A DNA stretch of 64,000 nucleotides from an uncultured Candidatus Poseidoniales archaeon (GTDB taxonomy: Archaea > Thermoplasmatota > Poseidoniia > Poseidoniales > Poseidoniaceae): assembly GCA_905181715.1 (NCBI GenBank), contig CAJIYT010000013.1:10942-74941 (forward strand), in the 5' to 3' direction. Position 1 is the stretch's first letter; each line of letters starts with the position of its first letter. Below are positions 1 to 8,300 of the stretch, in pieces. The translations under genes and the position numbers were made by a program. The notes beneath the pieces were generated by a model, which made no database searches, was not told the origin of the DNA, and saw only the letters and a list, made by a program, of their open reading frames with translations.

Positions 1-2
1 CT

Positions 3-950
3 ATGATTGCATCAATAGTCTTCGCCTTTGTATTAATAGCGACTACATTCTTACTCGGTGCAATTGCGGTTAGGGTCATGGGAGAGACCGGTATTGAACC
101 TGTTAGCGGAACTTCTTTCATCGTATTATTGATGCTACTCGGCGTATTCCTTAACTTCCAGGAATTCCTCAATCTATCGACTGAAGAAGCGGTATTACTG
201 GGCTTGGTAGGCACTACGGTTTTCGGCTCAGCGATTTCGATGTCAGGAACGGTAATTGGCGACTACAAGAATAGCCTATACATTGGTAATCGCCCATATC
301 ATATTTCCAAGGGCAATATCATGGGTGTGGTTCCTGGAGCAATCATCGGTGCAGGTGTAGCAATCTTCCTTTCAATTCAATTAGCAGAAGGTCGTATCGA
401 TTTGATCGCTCCTCAAGCAAACGCCTTCGCGACTTTCTCAGTCATCTTTGCTGAAGGCCAGGGTGATCTTGTTCTTCTCGGACTCGGTTTCCTTTTGGGA
501 ATGTTCGTTGAATGGGCCACTGGAATGGGTACATCATTCGGTCTCGGAATGTATCTCGATGTGCCACATACATTACCGATGTTAATCGGTGGTGTTGCAC
601 GTGACAAGTGGGAAGAAAAGAAATTACAGCCACGTATTGACGCAATTAAGGAAAAGGAAGGGACTACTGCAGCAGAGAAACAGCGTGCACTAATACTTCT
701 TGGAACCTTCATGATCGCTGCTGGATTATTGACCGGTGAAGCATTCTTTGGTACTGAAAGCAGCGTCCTCTCTTTTGTTGATTCACTTTGGTCCGAGGAA
801 TTTGCCAATAGTAGCACTTGGTACATTGCTCGCTTAGTTAGTTTCGTTGCCCTCAATGTCTTCATCGGTGGCATGATTTACATCCTATTCAAGAGAGCAG
901 GAGTCATTGGTGGCTCAGAGCCAGAGGAAGCACTAGTCCTCGATGCTTGA
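3..950 (+). CDS. OPT-family oligopeptide transporter, C-terminal fragment (5' end lies outside window)
   Basis: ORF is open to the window edge. Polytopic hydrophobic protein, colinear with the C-terminal third of the full-length OPT paralog at 58231-60396 (VMGETGIEPVSGTSF vs VVGSSNSPVSGMTI; GDYKNSLYIGNRPY vs GDVMQDLKTGHMVGATPY). Confidence 0.65.
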   Translation: MIASIVFAFVLIATTFLLGAIAVRVMGETGIEPVSGTSFIVLLMLLGVFLNFQEFLNLSTEEAVLLGLVGTTVFGSAISMSGTVIGDYKNSLYIGNRPYHISKGNIMGVVPGAIIGAGVAIFLSIQLAEGRIDLIAPQANAFATFSVIFAEGQGDLVLLGLGFLLGMFVEWATGMGTSFGLGMYLDVPHTLPMLIGGVARDKWEEKKLQPRIDAIKEKEGTTAAEKQRALILLGTFMIAAGLLTGEAFFGTESSVLSFVDSLWSEEFANSSTWYIARLVSFVALNVFIGGMIYILFKRAGVIGGSEPEEALVLDA

Positions 951-961
951 GCGTGATACAG

Positions 962-1894
962 ATGCGTAGCCCCCTCTGGGTTTGGATTATTCTACCTCTT
1001 GGGGTATTGGGTGTCTCAAGTGCTGGTGCGATTTTACAACACGTCGATGAAATCCCACCATTGATGAGAGCATCATGGCGTTTACAAATCACGGCATTGA
1101 TGCTTGCGCCATTGATGATTTGGCAATGGAAAAAGACCACACCAGAGGTGAGGTCTAGAGTATTCGAGGGCAAAAACCTGCGCTTATTACTGGGTAGCGG
1201 TCTTGCATTAGCCCTACATTTCGCCTTCTGGGTTAGCAGTTTAGATCACACCAGTCTTGCACACAGTTTGCTATTCGTCACTGCACATCCATTGGTGATA
1301 ATATGTGGTGCAGCGATTTTTGTCCGGAGGCCAAGTCGATACGAAGTCATTGGTGCCCTGATGGGTTTGATTGGCGCAGCGATTACTCTAGTCGATGTTA
1401 ACGATGGAGGAGAGGTCACACTAATCGGTGATACCTTGGCTTTTCTTGGAGCGATTACTGTAGTCGGATACATAGTCATTGGACGTATCATGCGGCCATG
1501 GTTGCCGATATTCCTTTATGCGACTCCGGTAACTGCTATTGCAGCAATATTGCTGGTGCCTCTCTCGTATTTACTTGGGGAAAACAGTTCGACTTTTGGC
1601 TGGATAAACTCATCATTATTGCCGTGGTTTGTCCTTCTGGCATTTTTAGCAGGAATTGTTGGGCATACGGGATTGAATGCTTGTTTGAAACATGTTTCGC
1701 CTTTGGTAATCTCGATTTCTGTGACGATGGAACCTTTGATTGGTTCTTTGATTGGTTGGCTGTTCTTTGAAACTGAAATACCTAGTAAATGGACACTATT
1801 AGGTGGCCCCCTATTGCTTGCAGGTGTGTTATTAATCGTAATTTCAAGCGACAAGTCTCAAGAGCAGGAACTAGGTGGCTATAGCGATGAGTGA
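962..1894 (+). CDS. EamA/DMT-superfamily transporter (about 10 TM)
   Basis: Two similar 5-TM halves typical of EamA repeats. The track ORF starts at TTG 947, overlapping the upstream stop; the first ATG is at 962 (MRSPLWVWIILPLG). The stop overlaps the surE start. Confidence 0.65.
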   Translation: MRSPLWVWIILPLGVLGVSSAGAILQHVDEIPPLMRASWRLQITALMLAPLMIWQWKKTTPEVRSRVFEGKNLRLLLGSGLALALHFAFWVSSLDHTSLAHSLLFVTAHPLVIICGAAIFVRRPSRYEVIGALMGLIGAAITLVDVNDGGEVTLIGDTLAFLGAITVVGYIVIGRIMRPWLPIFLYATPVTAIAAILLVPLSYLLGENSSTFGWINSSLLPWFVLLAFLAGIVGHTGLNACLKHVSPLVISISVTMEPLIGSLIGWLFFETEIPSKWTLLGGPLLLAGVLLIVISSDKSQEQELGGYSDE

Positions 1895-2849
1895 TAGTTG
1901 GTTATTGTTGACTAATGATGATGGAATAGAAGCACGGCCATTACAGATGTTAATCGTAGCATTATTGGCTCGTGGTCACAAAGTGGCTGTGCTAGCACCT
2001 TCTGAAAATCATTCGGCTACCGGTATGAAATTATCATTAGGCAAACCTCTTGGAGTTAGGGAGAGAACCGATATCTGTTCCAAATTATCCACTGAAAAGG
2101 ATGAGTTGTATATGTTTGAATTAGATGGCACTCCTTGTGATACAGTAATTACTGCACTTGATGGCGGATTGGAAAAATTGATGTCTGACGTTGAGGTAAA
2201 AATGGTGATCAGTGGTATTAATATTGGGCCAAATCTCAGTCAGGACACATATCATAGTGGCACTATTGCTGCAGCAAGAGAAGCCGGACTTTACGGAATG
2301 CCAGCATTGGCATGCTCATGGTCGAGCTTTAATGAGGAGGGTGTTGAGAAGGCGGTTGAAGCTACTATCCCCATCATTGAAGCCTGTCTCGCATTACTAC
2401 CAGATAAGCCAGTTAATTTGAGACGCCCACATGTCGATGTTTCGAGTCCTCATCTCAGTGATTGGCCGAATGAATCCCAGAAAGCGTGGTTAAAAGAACC
2501 AGTTAATGCCTTGAGGACAGCATTTCAACACGGTGAACTGATACTAAATGTTAATGTCCCACCAGAATGGAATGGGAAATATGCAACTACACGATTAGGT
2601 ATGCGCTGGTATCGTGGCGCTGTGGTACTGGATGAAGATAGAGAAACTTCGACTTTTACTATAGGGGCAGCAAGTATTGATTACGACCCAGTAGAGAGAG
2701 GCGACTGTGACGCTGATATCGCTGGTTTTTCCAGTATAACTTGCTTGCCTAGTTGGCCAGTAATGCACCCTCTGGCTCTAGATGAGCGCTTATTGGCTTG
2801 GTGCTTGGAAAATAGCCAGTCTGGAATGCCGGTATGGCTTCACAACTGA
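1887..2849 (+). CDS. surE: 5'/3'-nucleotidase SurE
   Basis: N-terminal LLTNDDGIEA and SGINIGPNLSQDTYHSGTIAAAREA motifs are diagnostic of SurE. ATG 1887 overlaps the upstream stop (ATGAGTGA). Confidence 0.85.
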   Translation: MSDSWLLLTNDDGIEARPLQMLIVALLARGHKVAVLAPSENHSATGMKLSLGKPLGVRERTDICSKLSTEKDELYMFELDGTPCDTVITALDGGLEKLMSDVEVKMVISGINIGPNLSQDTYHSGTIAAAREAGLYGMPALACSWSSFNEEGVEKAVEATIPIIEACLALLPDKPVNLRRPHVDVSSPHLSDWPNESQKAWLKEPVNALRTAFQHGELILNVNVPPEWNGKYATTRLGMRWYRGAVVLDEDRETSTFTIGAASIDYDPVERGDCDADIAGFSSITCLPSWPVMHPLALDERLLAWCLENSQSGMPVWLHN

Positions 2850-3442
2850 AGTTCAATACCCTCATCCAGTAGGAAATGACACAGAGTGATACAAGAGTGT
2901 CCTTGTAACCAGGTACTGCCTAGTGAACGGGGAATGCCCTGAATGCATTCGAGAGGCTTGTCATCGCCAAGAACAAAAGCGATATCTCCACTGTATGGTT
3001 TAGATTGGGAGGGTATAGCAACCTCACCCCACAGCCTTGGGGCATCTGCTTCTAATCTGATCAAAGGTGCAGTGATCTCCTGAAGTGTCATTTCCAAATC
3101 ACCATTACCATCGTAAACACCTGGCGTAATTTCTTTCCAATGACCACGTGGAGGTAATGGGTTGCGAATAACTGCGGCAATCTTACCAGCAACAGCTCGC
3201 TCCTCAGAGTGGAAACCACGTAATTCGCTACCGACAAAACGTATTCTCCGGCAAGGGCCAGGACTTCCATCAAGCAATAATATTACTTCAGTATCCTCTC
3301 TAAGGCCATGACTGGTCAGTAAGGCGGACATCAGTGCCCTAACCAGTACGTCCATCCTTCCTGCACCACCGGCAAGATCGTTCAGGGGCAATTTACCATT
3401 TGCCATGGCTCTGGTACCATGAATTACGAATAAGCGCATCAT
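2840..3442 (-). CDS. trmY: tRNA (pseudouridine54-N1)-methyltransferase TrmY (SPOUT, COG1901)
   Basis: Colinear with the TrmY pattern: LNDLAGGAGRMDVLVRALMSALLTSHGLREDTEV, FVLGDD, and a C-terminal SLG..LQGHSCITLCHFLLD knot region. Its start overlaps the coaBC stop by 4 nt. Confidence 0.7.
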   Translation of the reverse strand: MMRLFVIHGTRAMANGKLPLNDLAGGAGRMDVLVRALMSALLTSHGLREDTEVILLLDGSPGPCRRIRFVGSELRGFHSEERAVAGKIAAVIRNPLPPRGHWKEITPGVYDGNGDLEMTLQEITAPLIRLEADAPRLWGEVAIPSQSKPYSGDIAFVLGDDKPLECIQGIPRSLGSTWLQGHSCITLCHFLLDEGIELQL

Positions 3443-4638
3443 GCACCACGCTCGATAAGAACCCGGATTGCTTCACACATGTCTTTCTCAGTTTGGAGAA
3501 TGAAATGGGCACCACTAGCATCTACTAAATGAGCACGAGGCATTTCTGGATTGTCAATATCTTCTAAACGATTAGCGATAGTAGCAGTCATCTGTGCCAT
3601 TTCATTTTGAGCGACTGCACGATGAACCAAATCTCGCTGCTTCACACCGCTCTCTAATTTGAAACCAATCCTACAAGCTCCTTCGCATAGCGGTGCTAAT
3701 TCCATTATGTGTTTGCGTGTTTCAACCAAATCCAAACGCAAACCTGATTGTTGTGAGGCCACCTTTCCTTGCGCTGCCTTCTCGATACGATAATCCAGTA
3801 CGGCTGCTGTGTGAATCCATGCATCAATTTCATCATTAGTCAGGGCAATCAGTTCATTGAGCATGTCTTCTGGATCAGGTGATTCGATTACCAGTGGCAG
3901 CCAAGTAGGTGCTCGCTCACTAGTGATACCACTAACGCATGTTATGTCCATGCCCCAGCGGTAGAGGTAATCAGCAATAGCAAAACCAGTACGGCCAGAA
4001 CTGGTATTTTGCAGGAATCTAATGTCGTCCATAGCAGATCGGTTTGCTCCGAGTGTGATGACAACTGAGGTTTGGTTGTCATTTACCAGATTACACAATT
4101 TGGCTACGATATGCTCGCAAGCAGGAGTCTTTCTCTTCCCTTCTTCTTGCGCACCCCACATCACTTTTGCACCTTGCTTTTGAAGTTCTTCTACCAAGTT
4201 GTCAGTAACTGGATCTTCGGCTAAATCGCCATGCATCGAGGGTATTAGCAAAATAGGGGTCTTTCTACTTCTTGCAGCACTCATAGCCATCAACAAGGGT
4301 CCATTCATCAAACCATGCAGATGGCTTGCGATAAGATTTCTTGTTGCAGGTGATACAATAATAGCATCCACTTCGGATAAAACCGACAAATCACTATCCC
4401 AATCACTGATAACATCGCCCTGCGATGACCATTTTACAGCTAAAGGAGTAATGACTTTCTGTGCTGATTGAGTCATGACTACGCTTACTTTTGCACCATA
4501 GCGCCTCAGTTCACGACATAGTCGTACAGTGTCAACAGCAGCGATGCCACCGCTTACGCCGAGCAGGATGTGTTTGCCGACCAATTGGCCGCCTTTCATC
4601 TCGACATCGGTGTCGCGCATTGTTACTGCCACAACCAC
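3439..4638 (-). CDS. coaBC: bifunctional phosphopantothenoylcysteine decarboxylase / phosphopantothenate-cysteine ligase (CoaBC/Dfp)
   Basis: N-terminal flavoprotein motif GKHILLGVSGGIAAVDTVRLCRELRRYGAKVSVVMT plus a C-terminal DFP ligase domain. The true start may be the internal ATG at 4620 or 4599 (MKGGQLVGKHILLG). Confidence 0.85.
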   Translation of the reverse strand: MVVAVTMRDTDVEMKGGQLVGKHILLGVSGGIAAVDTVRLCRELRRYGAKVSVVMTQSAQKVITPLAVKWSSQGDVISDWDSDLSVLSEVDAIIVSPATRNLIASHLHGLMNGPLLMAMSAARSRKTPILLIPSMHGDLAEDPVTDNLVEELQKQGAKVMWGAQEEGKRKTPACEHIVAKLCNLVNDNQTSVVITLGANRSAMDDIRFLQNTSSGRTGFAIADYLYRWGMDITCVSGITSERAPTWLPLVIESPDPEDMLNELIALTNDEIDAWIHTAAVLDYRIEKAAQGKVASQQSGLRLDLVETRKHIMELAPLCEGACRIGFKLESGVKQRDLVHRAVAQNEMAQMTATIANRLEDIDNPEMPRAHLVDASGAHFILQTEKDMCEAIRVLIERGA

Positions 4639-4687
4639 TTCCTCTTTTGCCCTTCGCCGACATCCTCATTGCCAATCAAAGAGTGCC

Positions 4688-5284
4688 ATGGCCATGCAGC
4701 GGGCTGATGAAATGGTTGCTGCAGGCTCAGCTCCGAGTCAGAGAGGGCCATTTCAGGCCATGCATTCTAGGCATAGTCTCTTGGTATTGGTTGATTTAGC
4801 AGTTCTTTCATATTTTATTTACCTGTTCACCGGCGGTCATTGGGCTACACAATTGATAATTGGATTAATCATCTGGAGTTCATATCGCTCTCGAACTCCT
4901 TGGGCTTATAACGCGGCGATAGCAATCTTGACCCTAGCAGCATTATTTTTCGCTAGCTTTGCCGCCATTAATCTCTATTCCTTCGCAGTAGGAAAGGATG
5001 TGATGAGTTTGTTATTCGCTTTCTTAATGGGTTGGGCTTCTTGGAGTTCTATCCGTCATATCAGAATTCATCTTCATCCAATTTATCGGGTATCCTACAT
5101 GAATGGGAAAATGCAACATTCTCCTCTTCACACAACAGAAATACTTGCAGGCTGCCCAAGTTGCATGGCAGTCTTAGCAATCGATCCTTTACAATTATCA
5201 CCAAGCGATAAGTGTCCGCATTGTGATGAACCACTGGTCAGTAGCGACACAGCAGCCCGCTTCGGATTAGATTCAGAGGAGTAA
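4688..5284 (+). CDS. hypothetical 4-TM membrane protein with C-terminal zinc ribbon
   Basis: Track ORF 4529-5284 overlaps coaBC on the opposite strand; the in-frame ATG at 4688 removes the overlap. Four hydrophobic helices are followed by CPSC-x18-CPHC and an acidic tail. Confidence 0.5.
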   Translation: MAMQRADEMVAAGSAPSQRGPFQAMHSRHSLLVLVDLAVLSYFIYLFTGGHWATQLIIGLIIWSSYRSRTPWAYNAAIAILTLAALFFASFAAINLYSFAVGKDVMSLLFAFLMGWASWSSIRHIRIHLHPIYRVSYMNGKMQHSPLHTTEILAGCPSCMAVLAIDPLQLSPSDKCPHCDEPLVSSDTAARFGLDSEE

Positions 5285-5314
5285 TCCCCTGGTATTTATT
5301 AGTCAAAGCAACTA

Positions 5315-6340
5315 TCAACGTGTTGCAAGGGTTAGGTTGCTCCACATTTCCTCGGGAACTTCCATTGCCAGGCGTAATCCGCCCATGGCTCCTAACTTAA
5401 CTGGGTCATCAACGACGTGAACTACAACTTCACCCATGTCCGAGAGACGTCTCTCGATCAGTGATCCTAATCCCTTGATAGCGGAACCGCCTCCGGCTAG
5501 AATCATATTACGACGGAATTGGTCGTGATATTCTGGGTTTGATTGTGCAATCAGCAACTTAACATTCTCGACGATTGGGTCGACAACAGATTCGCAAGCG
5601 GTTTGCATGCAATCGGTGATGTCCAACTTCATGGCCTTACCTTCGATTGAGAAATCGACCAATACTGCTTCATCAGGTGTTGATGCGGAAGTAAAGGAGT
5701 ATTGCTCCTTCCAGCGGCGTGCCATATCCTTGGTGATCTGAGCGCCGTTATACTTGCGCTGAATCTCTTCGATAAGGCGTCCATCAATTGAATCTCCTGC
5801 TTGGGAGATGTGCATTTGATCTCCAGGTCCCGGAATGGTTCCGTAAACACGGCAAAGATCGGTTGTTCCAGCACCTATGTCGATAACTAGGGAATGTTCA
5901 ATCATGTCTAGTGCATATGCAACAGCGAAAGGTTCAGAGATAATCATTGCTGCATTTACCGAACCGGCTGCTGCATCGAAAATAGCTGACTTGTCGACGT
6001 GACTGGCCTCAGCTGGAGCGCCGATTACAGCGATTACACGGTCGTAATCTTCTGGGTCAGCGAGATTGATTAGGTGAGTGATGAAGTGGGCGATAAACTT
6101 ACGATCATCTGGGGTATCCTTGATGACTCCCAATTCCAGTGGTCTGAATAGATTTAGAGCCAAGCGGTTCTTTAGTGCTTCATTTCCGAATAGAACATCT
6201 CTTTTGAGGAAATTCTTTGCGATTTGATCTTTTGGAGTGCCAATTACGGTCAACTCTTCTTCTTCATGACTGTCGCTTGAGACCATTACTGATCTGAAAG
6301 TTCCAAGGTCTACACCGATGTAGAGGACGTCTTCTGCCAT
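5315..6340 (-). CDS. actin-fold ATPase, MamK-like family
   Basis: Actin-fold motifs are GVDLGT (phosphate 1), VIDIGAGTTDLC (phosphate 2) and ILAGGGSAIKGLG (adenosine). It matches recalled MamK along the whole length (VIGAPAEAS, ISEPFAVAYALD, GTIPGPGDQ, KEQYSF, NPEY, LRLAMEVPEEMW). Start taken at ATG 6340 (MAEDVLYIGVDLG); the track ORF extends to TTG 6394. Confidence 0.8.
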   Translation of the reverse strand: MAEDVLYIGVDLGTFRSVMVSSDSHEEEELTVIGTPKDQIAKNFLKRDVLFGNEALKNRLALNLFRPLELGVIKDTPDDRKFIAHFITHLINLADPEDYDRVIAVIGAPAEASHVDKSAIFDAAAGSVNAAMIISEPFAVAYALDMIEHSLVIDIGAGTTDLCRVYGTIPGPGDQMHISQAGDSIDGRLIEEIQRKYNGAQITKDMARRWKEQYSFTSASTPDEAVLVDFSIEGKAMKLDITDCMQTACESVVDPIVENVKLLIAQSNPEYHDQFRRNMILAGGGSAIKGLGSLIERRLSDMGEVVVHVVDDPVKLGAMGGLRLAMEVPEEMWSNLTLATR

Positions 6341-6433
6341 ATTCACTCGCCGTTCTTTGCCAAGGCAAGACCCCTTATGAATCATCCCTTCCAAGAGGCT
6401 GTGAGATGAGCCGGAGTGGATTCTATAGAAGGG

Positions 6434-7468
6434 TTAACACCAAGACTCACATGGGCTACAATACCATGCTGCATAGTCTGGATACAATTCAGCCATTCCT
6501 GCACATTGTGTACACTCTTTGAGAGCGTGTTCTCCGAATAGTTGCATGACTATCTGCACGTGTTGGTTGTCATCGATACCCAGTTGTTGGCGCATAGCCC
6601 ATAGCATCTGATCTTCTGAAGGTGAAATAATGCCATCCTCAAGTACCAATTTTACTACGGTCATATAATCTTCAAGTATAGTGATTTGACGAGGGTCCAG
6701 ATTCACTCCACCTTTCTCTGCAATGATATCGGTACCACCTGGGTCATCGACAAATAGCACCAAAGATGCAGCTTCTAGTTCGGCAGTTCGCAATTCCAAT
6801 AGAATCACTGCTCCGTCTTGATTGGCATATACCAAACTTGAATGGCGATTAATTACATTTGTAATCGATCTTGCGGTATCCTCAGCTGAGCGTCCACGGC
6901 GCCAGCCGGTAGTGCTCTGTTCATCAAAGATGTAGAATTCAGTTCCCTTTCCAGGGTATTCAATACGTATCTCCTCGCCACCGTCAAAACCATTGGCAAC
7001 TATTGTGATACTACCGACGGTGGTGTCGACCAAATTATCATCATCATCGAAACTGATCATCAATGGTTTACGCTCCTCGGAGGCAGCATTGAAATGACCA
7101 CTCATCCCCGTCATCCATTTGTCCTCAAGACGTTGTAAACTCGCTTCCTGTTTCTTATTCAAGCCTTTACTAATACCCAGTACTTCGCTTAATTCACCAT
7201 TTTCCATTTCCTGCTTGAATTGATCAATCATCTCAGAATCTTGATGGTAAGTTGGGCGCTCAATGCGCTTTGAACTTGTTGCATTGGGATCTTTCCATTC
7301 ATAGTTACAACGACCACATTGGAGATAACTTTCCATCGAGGATGGTTGCGATTCACCACCGCATCGAGGACAGTCTCCTTCCTCTTGAACCTCAATATTT
7401 TCTTGGGCCTCGCGACGACCGCCTCTGATGCCTAATCCCGCCATAGCCCCAGACTTCAGATGAGGCAT
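6434..7468 (-). CDS. hypothetical protein with N- and C-terminal zinc ribbons
   Basis: 344 aa with CPRC-x14-CGRC near the N-terminus and CTQC-x14-CSPC at the C-terminus. The middle is an acidic, mixed alpha/beta region, followed by a helical DG..SPSE..LGID segment that is weakly TerB-like. GAGGAAAG SD lies about 9 nt upstream of ATG 7468. I recognise no family. Confidence 0.6.
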   Translation of the reverse strand: MPHLKSGAMAGLGIRGGRREAQENIEVQEEGDCPRCGGESQPSSMESYLQCGRCNYEWKDPNATSSKRIERPTYHQDSEMIDQFKQEMENGELSEVLGISKGLNKKQEASLQRLEDKWMTGMSGHFNAASEERKPLMISFDDDDNLVDTTVGSITIVANGFDGGEEIRIEYPGKGTEFYIFDEQSTTGWRRGRSAEDTARSITNVINRHSSLVYANQDGAVILLELRTAELEAASLVLFVDDPGGTDIIAEKGGVNLDPRQITILEDYMTVVKLVLEDGIISPSEDQMLWAMRQQLGIDDNQHVQIVMQLFGEHALKECTQCAGMAELYPDYAAWYCSPCESWC

Positions 7469-7505
7469 TTGAAGGCTTTCCTCGTTTAATGAACTATATT
7501 CTTCA

Positions 7506-8300
7506 TCAGTAAAGGGCTTTCAATCCGTAACGTATCAATCCCTCTTGGGCATATATTCTTCTGACGACTAATTCTACAAGTGAGCCTATTTCTGGTTTCT
7601 TTTCCTCGTCATCTGCAAGTAAGAATACGCCTTTAACTCCACATTCGAGCGTGAGCAATAATGTGGTCATTCCATTGAGGATTGGAGAGCGGAATGCGAA
7701 TTCTGAGGGTGATCCTGCAGCAGCAGATTCAGTCCATGATTCAATAATACCCCTGCGTGGGAGAGGTAATGTATTCATTTCTCGATTATTTTCTCTTCCA
7801 GGCCAGAAATAATTATCGCCATCTTTTTGTGCTAGTAAGCGAAGTCGTGATTCGAGCCCTGTGAGGTATTGTTGCTCGCTTACATATGCTCCTTGTGACA
7901 CAGAACGCAATTCCTCATCCCATGCTCTTCTCATCTCCAGATGGAATGCAGCATCCATTTCTTCACCATCTTCTGCAGTCGAATGAATCATACTTGAATC
8001 CTTAGTGATAGAAAGTGAAGCATCTTTGTGTACGACTATTTTCCACTCGCCATCTTCTGATACTACATTGAATCCATAAGCGGCAATTACCCTTTCATCT
8101 ACTTCACTCGGGCATTGAATAGTTGTGACCTCACATTCTTCTTCTAGGGCGCACAATCCAGTGATTGCAAGGCATGTGTAGTCACTGTCGGGGCCGTGGA
8201 CTCTATCTCCATCCAAGATAAACCTTGAACGAACTAAAACACCACTTGCTGCCAGACAGAGAATGTGTCCGTGTAAGGGGATGCATTCATTCGCAGCCAT
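7506..8300 (-). CDS. DUF35-like OB-fold protein (thiolase/HMG-CoA synthase scaffold family) with atypical N-terminal domain
   Basis: The C-terminal 95 aa or so match the DUF35 OB-fold pattern (GIIESWTES..., GSLVELVVRRIYAQEGLIRYGLKA). ATG 8300 shares one base with the thiolase stop (TGATG). The usual 4-Cys rubredoxin-like ribbon is not visible. Confidence 0.55.
   Translation of the reverse strand: MAANECIPLHGHILCLAASGVLVRSRFILDGDRVHGPDSDYTCLAITGLCALEEECEVTTIQCPSEVDERVIAAYGFNVVSEDGEWKIVVHKDASLSITKDSSMIHSTAEDGEEMDAAFHLEMRRAWDEELRSVSQGAYVSEQQYLTGLESRLRLLAQKDGDNYFWPGRENNREMNTLPLPRRGIIESWTESAAAGSPSEFAFRSPILNGMTTLLLTLECGVKGVFLLADDEEKKPEIGSLVELVVRRIYAQEGLIRYGLKALY

Noticed and set aside
3439-4638. 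Flavoprotein domain of CoaBC as the missing UbiX partner for the UbiD homolog
   Set aside because: The protein has the full C-terminal CoaB ligase domain and the CoaC-type N-terminus. UbiX is a stand-alone paralog of about 190 aa. Homology of fold is not evidence of function here.
4529-4687. Upstream extension of the membrane/Zn-ribbon ORF that overlaps coaBC
   Set aside because: The extension is Thr/Ser/Pro-rich, overlaps the conserved N-terminus of CoaBC on the other strand, and an in-frame ATG at 4688 gives a sensible protein.
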